This document shows positions 1 to 11,102 of a stretch of DNA of 64,000 nt, piece after piece. The notes below the pieces were generated by a model. The model saw only the letters and a program-made list of their open reading frames with translations. It had not been told where the DNA came from and did no database searches. Position numbers and translations under genes: made by a program. The DNA is taken from NCBI GenBank assembly GCA_951406725.2, contig OX597830.1:75082001-75146000 (forward strand). Direction: 5' to 3'. Source of the DNA: Octopus vulgaris. Its lineage: Eukaryota. The stretch's first letter is position 1. Each line of letters starts with the position of its first letter.

Positions 1-230
1 TATATATGTACATATATATATGCGTGTGTGTTGGTGTTTTAAGTGTATGCGTGTATATTTATATATGCATATGCATATGTCTATACATATGTGTATGTAT
101 AGATGTACATAGGTACATATATATTACAGATATACATGTGTATATATATATGTGTATATATATATATGTGTATATATATGTATATATATATGTGTGTATA
201 TATATATATATATATACATACACATACACA
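1..230. repeat. (TA)n/(TG)n compound microsatellite
   Basis: Directly visible dinucleotide runs; the overlapping ORFs (YIYI/CVCV) are translations of it. Confidence 0.95.
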
Positions 231-713
231 CTTCCTTCCCACACATACGCACATATATTTTTTTGTGTTGTTGGTGCGTATGCATGTATTTGTATTTATG
301 TGTAAGTATTTTGTACACATATCAGTGTGTGCATAGAGGTTGAAAGCCACGACTGCAAGTATGTCTGAATATATTCGCGTGAGATGAAATAATCCCATTA
401 CGCTTAATTATAGTATGGTTCACCTCCACAGATTTCTGCATCAACTTGTGACAATTAGCCTTGCACGGCTTTCCTAGAAATCAGTGCCTGGAATAACTCA
501 GCTAATAATTTTACTTGTATTACTGAAACATCCTGCTCAAGAGACATGGTTTTACTTCATTTTTTTTACAATAATTCATATTTGGGCTTAAATTTTGGCT
601 ATGATCTGTGATCTAATAGGGAAGCTATCAACTATAGTTGATACTTTCCCAATGAACTTGACTGCACATCGAAACCACGTGCACAGGTATACGCTTATAA
701 GCATCAATTTTGA

Positions 714-791
<78 letters not shown>
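714..791. repeat. (ATT)n microsatellite forming the (TAA)n 3' tail/target of the adjacent Dong-like LINE
   Basis: Near-perfect ATT run abutting the 3' UTR of the minus-strand element at 792. Confidence 0.9.
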
Positions 792-2012
792 CGGTAATTT
801 TATTTTTTATCCCGTGCTTTCATGCACTACCGAGCGTATTTATGCTGTGTGCCCTGGATATATTCTTCGGTTTGTTGTGACGCTCTTATTTTCACACTCT
901 TGAAAGTATTTTATGTAAAATGTGTGCGGTGCCAAGTAGTGCTATTTTCTGTATTTTATATACCTGTCAGTCCCGGTGTTTTTGTTATGTATTTGTCTGA
1001 ATACTTTTTATCGTACCTAATGCTCCTCCTATGATAGGAATTGTTTCGATTTTTAGACTCCACATTCGAGTTATATCTAGTTCGAGGTTTTTCTATTTTG
1101 AAGGTATCTCCGTTTCATTTAGAGAAATATTGTCATCAGTTGTTATTAATACATCGATTAGAAAGCATTTTTTTTCTTGGTGATCCCTGACAATTAAATC
1201 CAGCCTGTTGGCCTTAATTTCTCTATCTGTGTGTATTCGCATATTCCAGAGTGTGGATTTCTCATTTTGTGTGACATTTTCTGGCCTGGAGTTATACCAT
1301 CTTTTTCTATTGTTATTCCATACTCTTGGCATAGCTTCCAGTGTATGTAGGTCCCAACTCTGTCGTGTCTGTGAATATATCCTTTCTTAGCCAAGACTGG
1401 GTAGCCAGAGATAATATGATTTATTGTTTCTTGTCCATCCCCACATATTCTGCAGTAACTTGTATTTCTTTTCATTACATGTTTTTAGTCATTTCTGGTG
1501 GGGATGATTTGATCTGGTGCTGCAATTAAAAATCCTTCAGTCTCTGCTTTGAGTCCTGAGCTTCTTAGCCATTTTGGAGATTTTGTTTTGTCTATTTCTT
1601 TTCTGTTTAGTTTAACTCAGTATTTGCCATGAAGGGGCTTTTCTTGCCATCGTTTTATCATGACCCGTTGCTGTACCAGTTTTAGTTTGAATTTCATTTG
1701 TCTTAACAGCATTTCTTTCTTCTTCTTTTTCTTCATAGTTGTTAGGTTCTATGATTCTTTTTTGTATTTGTTAGCCTCCTGAGTGAAAATAGTTTTTTGT
1801 TTTGGACTGCATGTATTAGCTTTCCTTGCTTCTGTAGTAGTTATTTCTGAAGTCTTATGATGGTTATTTTGTAATAGCTTTCTCTCTCTATTAGACCTCT
1901 ACCACCTTCGATGCGTTGTATATGTAACATTTCTTTGTCATATTTTGTGTGGGGCAACCTAAATCTTGTCATTACTTTTCTTGTTTTTCTGTCTATTTTT
2001 ATTAGTTCATTT
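792..2012 (-). mobile_element. 5'-truncated, frameshifted R4/Dong-type non-LTR retrotransposon (post-RT region, CCHC knuckle, restriction-like endonuclease, 3' UTR)
   Basis: Minus-strand translations: IDRKTRKVMT...EGGRGL; CRICGDGQETINHIISG.PVLAKKGYIHRHDRVG (CCHC/RHD); ANRLDLIVRD...FLIDV (PD-D/ExK-like); C-terminus IQKIALLGTAHILHKILSRV* (stop 892-894); ends in (TAA)n. Confidence 0.88.
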
Positions 2013-2029
2013 AGAGCTTTTTAAATAGA

Positions 2030-2158
2030 GATCGATAGAATAAGTGCTACGCTTACAAAGAATAAGTCCTGGGGTCGAATTGCTCGACTAAAGGCAGTAC
2101 TCCAGCATGGCCACAGTCACTTGGCTGAAAGATTTAAAAGTGTAAAAGAGTAAAAGAG
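2030..2158 (+). mobile_element. SINE family B, 3' half
   Basis: gatagaataagt...cttacaaagaataagtcctggggtcg...ccagcatggccacagtc...taaaagag matches the other B copies (38205, 40545). Confidence 0.85.
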
Positions 2159-2749
2159 TCAATACACAATACACGAATACGATATGAAAACACCTCTTAA
2201 ACATAATTTTAGAAAATACATTACGTAAGACGACAAATTAACACTAGTACCGTACTAGAAGAATCATAACGTTTAAAGATTCAGTCTCATATCCGCAACG
2301 CGCCGCAAATATGAAAATGAAAGTGTATATTCCCAATGAGCAACGCTTTTATAAGTAGGATAGCAAACGAAACTTCACGTTACAAGTTATATATTAGCCA
2401 TACAAATACAAAACATCTCGTCAGCTCCACATGCATTTACAAACAAAATGGCAATTAATTACTATCGTCTGGAGTATACGACATAAAACTAGATTATACA
2501 GAAATTCCAAAAGAAAGGGTCTTTGAAACTGATATGTAAAATACAGTTTTACCGAAATGGGCTGATCTATACAATAGTTTGTATTCGATTCTTTCAAGAC
2601 ACTAAATCAGAGCTAGCAATTATTCTCCTGCAGCAATTCCATTGCGTGTTTGCCTTGCTAGCCATCTTTTATATTTTGTCGTATACTTCTTCTATTCATT
2701 GAGGCTGTAACAACGCTGTTGCAACTTCTTTAAGGTGCTTTGGTCCAAC

Positions 2750-2869
2750 AAATCGACTGCCAAACCGTTAAGTTGCGGTTACGTAAACAAATCAACACAG
2801 GTTGTCAGGCGGTGGCAGTACAACCTTCGATATACGAACAAGCACATACGCAAACACGCGCACGCACAC

Positions 2870-2904
<35 letters not shown>

Positions 2905-3295
2905 GCACACACACATGACGGGCTTCCACAGAGTTTCCTATTTCTTTATTGCCCACGATGAGCTAAACATAAAGGGGACAAACAAGGGCAGACAAACGGA
3001 TTAAGTCGATTACATCGACCCCAGTGCGTAATTGGTACTTAATTTATCGACCACGAAAGGATGAATGGCAAAGTTGACCTCGGCAGAATTTGAACTCAGA
3101 ACATAACGGTACACGAAATAGCGCTAGGCATTTCGCCCGGCGTGCTAACGTTTCTGCCAGCTCGCCGCCACGGAGTTTCCATCACTTGAATTCACTCACA
3201 AAGCATTGGTTGGGTCAGGGCTATTGTAGATATCACTGCCCCAAGTTGGCGAACACTGGACCTGAACCAAAACCTACGAGCTTGTTAACCATAGG
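2750..3295 (-). mobile_element. Diverged SINE family B copy interrupted by a SINE-A insertion
   Basis: B-type body (gacgggcttc, ttcactcacaaagcattgg, internal (CA)n) split at 2939-3169. Confidence 0.75.
2939..3169 (-). mobile_element. Full-length SINE family A (tRNA-like head, Tx1-type tail)
   Basis: Head ggcggcgagctggcagaaacgttagc (A box), gagttcaaattc (B box), core gcc.ttcatcctttcg.ggtcgataaattaagtacca, tail tttgtc...gggcaataaagaaata; flanking repeat ccac(a/g)gagtttcc at 2926-2938 and 3168-3180. Confidence 0.92.
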
Positions 3296-3639
3296 CTTTT
3301 GTAATCCCTATTAATGGCTACATAAAAGACCTCAAAAAGACCCATCAATTCAAGATACGTTTTGATCATGGGAAGGAATTCATTGCTTCTAATGATTTTA
3401 ATTGGGAGTCTATTGGTTTTATGCTTTCTTTATGATGTTAGAAATATTGATACTTGGTTGTTCTGAGATAGACCAATGGAAATGTTCAGTTAATAGTTTA
3501 TTCACTTTTGCAAATGTTTTCTTTTGTGTCAAGAAAGGGTTAAATGTGGTGAGACTATCAACTAGAATTCATGAATCTTTAAAAGTATGTGTATATGTAT
3601 AAGTTAAATAGGTAGACAGATCAACAGACAGAAAGACAG

Positions 3640-3680
3640 ATAAGCAGATGGATAGATAGACAGTCAATCAGAGAGACAGT

Positions 3681-3755
<75 letters not shown>

Positions 3756-3824
3756 AGAGATGCTGATATAACACACACATACACACATATACATAGTTAT
3801 ATATACACATACATACAAATACAC

Positions 3825-3866
<42 letters not shown>

Positions 3867-3901
3867 GTGGGTGTATATATGCATTATATACATACACACA
3901 C

Positions 3902-3956
<55 letters not shown>

Positions 3957-3960
3957 CATA
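3640..3960. repeat. (GATA)n, (TA)n and (CA)n compound microsatellite
   Basis: Directly visible. Confidence 0.95.
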
Positions 3961-3970
3961 CATAGAAATA

Positions 3971-4425
3971 CAGCGTAGGCGAGAAAGATATGCCATAATA
4001 TATATCTGGAAGATCCTAGAAGGACTTGTCCCAAACTTTGGCATCGAGAATTACACAAATACTAGAACTGGGCGTCACTGCACAGTGCCAAGGACTCCAA
4101 ATTTGCCATCAAGATGTAGGACAAGATACTGCGATAGCCTGGGCTTCCGAGGCCCACAGCTCTTCAATATCCTCCCGAAGAACCTGAGAGACCTGCATGG
4201 GGTGGATGCAGATGTCTTTAAAATAAAACTGGATCTCTTCTTGTCAGGTGTCCCAGATGAACCAACTTCACGGCAGGAGGTGCAGATGAGGGCAGCTGCA
4301 TCGAACTCTCTCATGCACCAAATGGCATTCGTGAAGTAAAATCATGCAGCAGCACCAAATGGCGGTGCCCCAGCATGGCCACAGCTTGTGAGCTGAAACT
4401 AAATAAAAATAAAAAATAAAAAAAA
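3971..4425 (+). mobile_element. 3' end of a CR1/L2-group LINE (ORF2 C-terminus, 3' UTR, A-rich tail)
   Basis: Open frame QRRRERYAIIYIWKILEGLVPN...GPQLFNILPKNLRDL...FKIKLDLFLSGVPDEP...* (stop 4339), typical of CR1/L2-group post-RT C-termini; tail ggcggtgccccagcatggccacagc...ctgaaac(taaaaa)n. Confidence 0.82.
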
Positions 4426-4949
4426 TACATATATACAAGAATATATGTGTAGATAGGTTGATATAAATGTATATATACACATAAATGTCTGTTTGTGTGT
4501 GTGTGTGTAGTCTCGCATTGGCATATGTTTGTCAGTGTATGTACATATGCATGTATGTGGTTATATTTTCCTTTTCGTTAGAAATATACGTAGAATTTTA
4601 CCCATATTAATTACACTATCTGAAAAAGATTGAAGCGGCGATTAGTCTGTTATTCGTCTTTGATTCATTTCCAAAGTCTGGAACAAACATGCTGCCTCAG
4701 TGGAAACATTAACAATTTCTTATTATAAGCCAATAATCTCAATAATCCCACAAACTTCCTGTATTACCAGCGGAGAAAATAGGAAATAAATATCTGGTAA
4801 TCACCAACACAACGAAGATCCTGATCCTTTCTTTAACTTTAGAAGATTCCTATGCTATATTTGGTTGTGTTACTTCCCTATGGAATATTTTGTGTCACTC
4901 TATAAGGATAAGGTATAATATATATATAGATAGATAGATATGTATATAT

Positions 4950-5067
4950 AGGCGCAGGAGTGGCTGTGTGGTAAGTAGCTTGTTTACCAACCGCATGGTT
5001 CCGGGTTCAGTCCTACCAAAGCCTTGTGAGTGGATTTGGTACACGGAAACTGAAAAGAAGCCCGTCG

Positions 5068-5124
<57 letters not shown>

Positions 5125-5215
5125 GTGTGTTTGTAATAAGTCCCGTGGTCGAGTTGCTCGATTACAGGCGGTGCTCCAGAATGGCCGCAGTCAAATGCCT
5201 GAAACAAGTAAAAAA

Positions 5216-5218
<3 letters not shown>
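4950..5218 (+). mobile_element. SINE family B copy with internal deletions and internal (TA)n
   Basis: Head ggcgcaggagtggctgtgtggtaagtagcttg...gggttcagtcc; body accaaagccttgtgagtggatttgg...aagcccgtcg; tail ggcggtgctccagaatggccgcagtcaaatg.ctgaaacaagtaaaa. Confidence 0.9.
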
Positions 5219-5312
<94 letters not shown>

Positions 5313-5436
5313 TTATCTGCTGCAATTTTTGCAACTTGTAATAAAGCCTGTCTTTGTATGAAACAATTGTACTAAAAACTAATCCATTCTTGTTGCTTCT
5401 TTCTCGTATATATATATATATATATGCATACGATTG

Positions 5437-5579
5437 GGTGTGTGGTAAGTAGCTTACTTAAGAACCACATGGTTCCAGGTTGAGTCCCACTGCGAGGCAC
5501 CTTTGGCAATTGTCTTCTACTATAGCCTCGGGCTGACCGAAGCTTTGTGAGTGAATTTGGTCGACGGAAAGAGAAAGAA

Positions 5580-5580
<1 letters not shown>
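5437..5580 (+). mobile_element. SINE family B, 5' half
   Basis: gtgtggtaagtagcttac...ggttccaggttgagtcccactgcg...cttctactatagcctcggg matches the B head. Confidence 0.85.
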
Positions 5581-5614
<34 letters not shown>

Positions 5615-5995
5615 TATCGTTGCTGTTATGTCAAACTGTCGTATGTCCAAATCTGGCCAAATGCGTTTTTGTTAATACTTAATTTTGCTTGCAATAGCCG
5701 GTTCTTTTGGTCAAAGTGTCGTATCTCCAGCTGCATCAGATGAATACTGTCAAAGAGTAGTACAGTGGTTTGATATTTTTCAAAAGTGTAGTAAGTTACA
5801 CGACAATGTTGCAAAAATATTTCTGACTGAAAATACCATTCATGCACGGAGTTATGAGTCTATGGACCCAATAAAGTATTATTGTTCAGCTGAAACTGTT
5901 GCTAATGTAAAAAGAAATGGAATGAACCTATTTTCCTGTTTTCTGAAACAGCAACGTTTTGGATTTAGACAATTTTGCATAATAGCAATGACATA
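5615..5995. mobile_element. Non-autonomous DNA transposon (MITE) with ~27-bp imperfect TIRs, in (TA)n
   Basis: Left tatcgttgctgttatgtcaaactgtc vs reverse complement of the right end tatgtcattgctattatgcaaaattgtc; related shorter copy at 38719-38953. Confidence 0.7.
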
Positions 5996-6098
5996 CATAT
6001 ATTTATATGTATGTATTTATATATATATATGTGTATATATGTAGCATATGTTATAATTATAAAGAGGGAAAATTTTAGCCATTGTGTGTGTGTATATA

Positions 6099-6167
<69 letters not shown>

Positions 6168-6343
6168 ATAAATATTAGGGAATAAATCCAAATTTACAGG
6201 GAAAAATCAGATTTAGGATTAAATCCAATTTTATAGTAAAATATTATATAATATTAATTAGAGACAAAACCACTATTTTGCAAAACAAACAAGGAAAGAC
6301 TTAATCAATACATAAAATTTTAATAAAAAGTTTAAAAAAACCG

Positions 6344-6384
6344 CCACTACAATTGTTTCATGTCTAATGACGATCTTCAGGTGG
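6344..6384 (-). ncRNA. Minimal type I hammerhead ribozyme motif (minus-strand arm)
   Basis: Minus strand CCAC-CTGAAGA-tcGTCattaGACat-GAAAC-AATT-GTA-GTGG: stem I CCAC/GTGG, intact core, palindromic stem III. Confidence 0.75.
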
Positions 6385-6442
6385 ATTTCCGATTTTCAAA
6401 TCAGTTTCAATTTATATTGAAACTGATTTGAAAATCGGAAAT

Positions 6443-6483
6443 CCACCTGAAGATTGTCATTAGACATGAAACAATTGTAGTGG
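6443..6483 (+). ncRNA. Minimal type I hammerhead ribozyme motif (plus-strand arm)
   Basis: CCAC(6443-46)-CTGAAGA(6447-53)-tTGTCattaGACAt-GAAAC(6468-72)-AATT-GTA(6477-79)-GTGG; predicted cleavage after 6479. Confidence 0.8.
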
Positions 6484-6507
6484 CGTTTTTTAAACTTTTT
6501 TTAACTT

Positions 6508-6552
<45 letters not shown>

Positions 6553-6609
6553 TATATACACACTTGGAAGATGATGCGTGGCGTTCAGTCATATAATACT
6601 ATAATATAT

Positions 6610-7125
6610 ATATGCATGGATGTGGGCACAGGACGTCATGAAACGTGTATAACAAAAAATACGAAGCACGAGTACATGGAACCTGAACTATTGTATCGAA
6701 CAACGAATGACACAAATGTAAAATAAAACAAACAGCATAAAGGACAACCCTTCATCAGTTGTTCGCTGTTTTTCTAGTCTCATATTTCGAGTATTTATCA
6801 ACAATAAACACTTTCGAAAAAAACAATTGCACCCGCAAAGTAAATTAAATAATATTCAGGATCTTGCGGACGGTCAAAATTGGTAACACAAACAGGACTG
6901 TGAAAACAAACAGGAAGGGCTGCTAAGCCTAAACGAGGTAGTGGTGGTGAACGCATAAATCAAGCTAGGTCAGGAGACAAGCAAGAACTCGTATATAAGG
7001 ATATGGCAATCACAAAGGAACAAACGATAATCGTATGTACTTCATTAGCTTACAGCTGTTTCCACATAATGATGTGATGGACGCAAAGTTGAGACCATAC
7101 CGTCTTAGAGTTTCATCAGGATTTC
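6610..7125 (-). mobile_element. Probable Penelope-like/non-autonomous repeat remnant with degenerate hammerhead
   Basis: Minus strand CTGATGA (7119-7113) ... GAAAC-AGCT-GTA (7062-7051) with palindromic stem III; stems I and II imperfect; bounded by TA-rich DNA. Confidence 0.45.
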
Positions 7126-7783
7126 ACATATGAAGTGCAATTTATTTGGGAAAAAAAATACATTTAAGGATTCATAAGGGAAAATAAATACACACACATG
7201 CACACACACACACACGCGTACACATATACACACAAAAGAAAGGAGATAGCGAGAAAGAGAGAGAGGGAGAGAGAGACGGAGAGAGGGACGGAGATAGAGA
7301 GATGGAGAGAGAGAGAGAGAGAGAGGAGAGATATATAGATATAGATATGAATATATAAGTATCTGCATATATATATGTGCGTGTGTGCGTGTGTGAGTTT
7401 GTGTGTGTGTGAGTGTGTGTGTCTGTGTGGTAAGGTTCGTCGGTCAGGGCTATTGCACCTTCTGTAAATGTGACGTCTATATTTGATTGGAGTCCGTTAG
7501 CATAATAATTTAGTCTGAAAGATCTGTCTGTGCATGTACGTACGTAAGTATGTATGTATGTATATGCGCCTATATGTGTATATGAATGCATATGTGTATA
7601 TATACATTTATACATATGTATATATATATAGATATATATACATGAATATATATATTACAAGTATATATACATATATATACTATATATTAATATAATATAT
7701 ATATATATGTATATACCAACATATATCTATATTTATCAATCTATATTTATTAATTTATCCATACCATTCTCTCTCTCTCTCTC

Positions 7784-7859
<76 letters not shown>

Positions 7860-9192
7860 AATGTACGCCAACCTACATATTTATATATAACTTATATTCA
7901 TACTTTCTTCATTGGAAATTATAGATATTTGTAGGAGTATGATGTCGAATATTAATCTGTGGTGGAGCGCTAAGCATGAAGTTCTTTTTACGGTCATACG
8001 TTATGTTATGTTATGTTAGCCAACCACGTGTCCAGTGATTAGCGCAGGTTTTCATTTGGAAGTAATGGGTATTGACTTTAGATTTTTATCTTGTAAAAGA
8101 TTCCCATCTTTTTCCTCATCTGTTTCCTATCAACCTCAATATACACAGTACTAATATTACATTTATATCACTTGGCATTTTTAAGAGAAATTCTAAGCAG
8201 TAGAGGTGGAAATAAGGTTGCTTTGGTAAGCTGTTGATGACGATGGCAATGGCGGCTGTAGCGGTGTAGTGGTGTAGCGGTGGTGACTTTTGGCGGTAAT
8301 AATCATAGTAGTGGTGGTGATGACGTTTATAATGGTGGTGGTGGCGGTGGTGGTGAAACTCTTACCTGAAATGCAACGCGGACTTTAATTTCCTTTCTAT
8401 CAATATGCTTCACATGTTCTATAGAAAAATGTCAGCAGATGAGTACCGCATAGATTTTTGTTCATGTTTGAAGTTGTGTAGTTCCTAATTGTGGCAACTC
8501 TATCGAATCTCCATTTGTGAAGAATTATTTATATATTCAATTCATCCACTGGCTGCTCTTCACCCTGAACAGGTCATGTAATACCATTTTACTCAATTCC
8601 ATCCAACTATCCATCCATCCACACATCTATCCATTCATTCAACCATCCATCCATCCATCTATGTATCCTCAGAGCGGAGAATATTCTATGTATTTGATTT
8701 ATGTACATGCTACAAGTGATGAGAGCTCGCTTAACACTGTAACAACCAAAGTAGCAAATGAAGAGGCGTCTACGTGGTCATTCGACGAGGTAAAAATAGT
8801 AGCTAAATCTCCATCGAATTACACTGTGCTATTTTTAAAGGAATGAAGATCATGTTGTACAGTATACATTTTTATATACAAAATTAGTGTAATGTCACGG
8901 TTGGAACGACTATTATCATAGATCTGAAACTGTCGGATGAAACTGATATTACTATGCTGGGTTGAGTTGTGCTCTCAATAAACACTTGAATAACGAAATT
9001 TGAAGTGACAACCCCACCCACGCATACACTCACCAGTTGAGTGTTACTTCAGAATTAATTATATAATCAAAATGTTTTAATTTGAAAGACGTTTTCTCTT
9101 CAGAGAAATTATAAGTTTTGAGTAATTAAATAATTTCTGTAAGGTTATTAAAACCGAAGTAAAGCTCTAATAATGAGTGTGATTATTGACAT

Positions 9193-9239
<47 letters not shown>

Positions 9240-9315
9240 GTATAAATGTGTGTGTGAGTGTGTGTGTGTGAGCGTGTGTGTGTATACATGCATGTATGAA
9301 TGCATATATAGATAT

Positions 9316-9394
<79 letters not shown>

Positions 9395-9427
9395 TAATAA
9401 TAATAATAACAACAACAACAACAACAC

Positions 9428-9580
9428 TTAGATGGAATTTATGAATATTTTAATTTATTGCTACACGCGTTTCTACAAATCTGGATTCTTAAGATCATAG
9501 TCCGTATTCCTTGGATGATTACATTACACTCCGTAGTACACATGGACATCGGGTAGATCATCTTCATGCACTCATTCATT
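9428..9580 (-). mobile_element. Probable Penelope-like pLTR fragment with mutated hammerhead
   Basis: Minus strand TGC-aTGAAGA...GAAAC-GCGT-GTA-GCA-ATAAA; stem I TGC/GCA; first core base C>A. Confidence 0.45.
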
Positions 9581-9744
9581 CGGACTGTAAATATATATAT
9601 ATGTATGTGTATGTATATATATATATATATATGTATTCATGTTTGTGTATATACGCATATATATATATAAATAAATGTAAAATATATATATGCATATGCA
9701 TATATGAAGGTATTATATACGTATACATCTACCTATGTGTGATG

Positions 9745-9985
9745 GGTGACGGGGTCTCAGTGGTTAGCGAATTCGGCTCATGAATGTAAAGTGTGTGCTC
9801 AATTCCCTGCGGCAAGCAGTCTTAGAGCAAGATACTTTATTTGAATTTGTTACAGTCTACTCAGTTGACATGAATGTATCTATAATTGAAAAGTACTAGC
9901 CTTCTCGGATTCTTTTTGACGCTGAATCTGCCCGAAAACTACGTTAAGTGCATGCGTGTCTCAAGAATGCTCAAATTTTTTGCCT
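9745..9985 (+). mobile_element. Old degenerate tRNA-derived SINE with family C type tail
   Basis: tcagtggttag head, gagcaagatacttt, and gacgctgaatctgcccgaaaactacgttaag similar to 10715-10750. Confidence 0.55.
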
Positions 9986-10476
9986 ATGAGATGGATAACA
10001 TGCCGTGTACCCAATATACATGTATGTATTTGGGCAGTGGTATGTCACGAAACAGCGAACAAAAACAAAGATTCATTCAACTGTGCAGCGCCACCGAAGA
10101 TTCCTGATAAAATAATATAGATGATACCATTATACATTAAGCCAGCAATAAGTATAATTTAACGGAATGAATCGATCAATCTATCCATACATGATACGTA
10201 CATGAGGGTAGTACTAATTTATCAGTTGCAAATGACATTGCTTTACTAAAAGCTTTCGGCATCCACATAAGCTTGAATTCATGTCTCTAGTTCCTTGTTA
10301 ATACGACATCACATGAAGCACTCTATATATGCTTGCACACATATTATGTGTTTGTGTGTTTGTGTATGTCTGTGTGTGGAGCGGTTGATGTTTCTTCCTA
10401 CGTCGGTTCTTGTTGAAGAGCGCTACGTCTAAAATTGTAGCAGACATGATTGATCATCTCGTCATTTATTTCTCTC

Positions 10477-10864
10477 GTGGAGGCGCAATGACCCAGTGGT
10501 TAGGGCAGCGGACTCGCGGTCGTAGGATCGCGGTTTCGATTCCCGGACCGGGCGTTGTGAGTGTTTATTGAGCGAAAACACCTAAAGCTCCGTTAGGCTC
10601 CGGCACGGGATGGTGGTGATCCCTGCTGTACTCTTTCACCACAACTTTCTCTCACTCTTACTTCCTGTTTCTGTTGTACCTGTATTTCAAAGGGCCGGCC
10701 TTGTCACTCTCTGTGTCACGCTGAATACCCCCGAGAACTACGTTAAGGGTACACGTGTCTGTGGAGTGCTCAGCCACTTACACGTTAATTTCACGAGCAG
10801 GCTGTTCCGTTGATTGGATCAACCGGAACCCTCGTCGTCGTAACCGACGGAGTGCTTCCCATCC
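10477..10864 (+). mobile_element. Full-length SINE family C (tRNA-derived), tail type 1
   Basis: Head gtggaggcgcaatg.cccagtggttagggcagcggactcgcgg...ggtttcgattcccgg; perfect 14-bp TSD catttatttctctc at 10463-10476 and 10865-10878. Confidence 0.93.
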
Positions 10865-10911
10865 CATTTATTTCTCTCACGTCATGTACTTAATATCATA
10901 TTATAGATTAA

Positions 10912-11102
10912 TGCTGCGAGCTGACACAATCGTTAACACACCGAGCAAGATACTTAGCGACATTTCGTTCGTCTTCTTGTTCTGAATCCAAATTCGACTT
11001 TGATTTTCATCCATTCGGGGTTGAGAAATTAAGTACCAGGTCGATGTAACGCTTTAACCCCTCCTCGAAGTTGCTGGCCTTGTACCAAAATTTGAAACCA
11101 AT
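10912..11102 (+). mobile_element. Older SINE-A variant (A') with ggccttgt.ccaaaatttgaaacc tail
   Basis: Same head and core as SINE-A, different tail. Similar copies at ~11570-11770, 23015-23205, 26400-26570, 28180-28350(-), 32600-32830 and 34490-34690(-). Confidence 0.8.

Larger units (their letters stand above)
6162..6513. mobile_element. Penelope-like element pseudo-LTR remnant with inverted duplication, embedded in (TA)n
   Basis: Inverted repeat 6325-6411/6416-6500 carrying hammerhead motifs; inverted pLTRs with minimal hammerheads are established features of Penelope-like elements. Confidence 0.7.
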
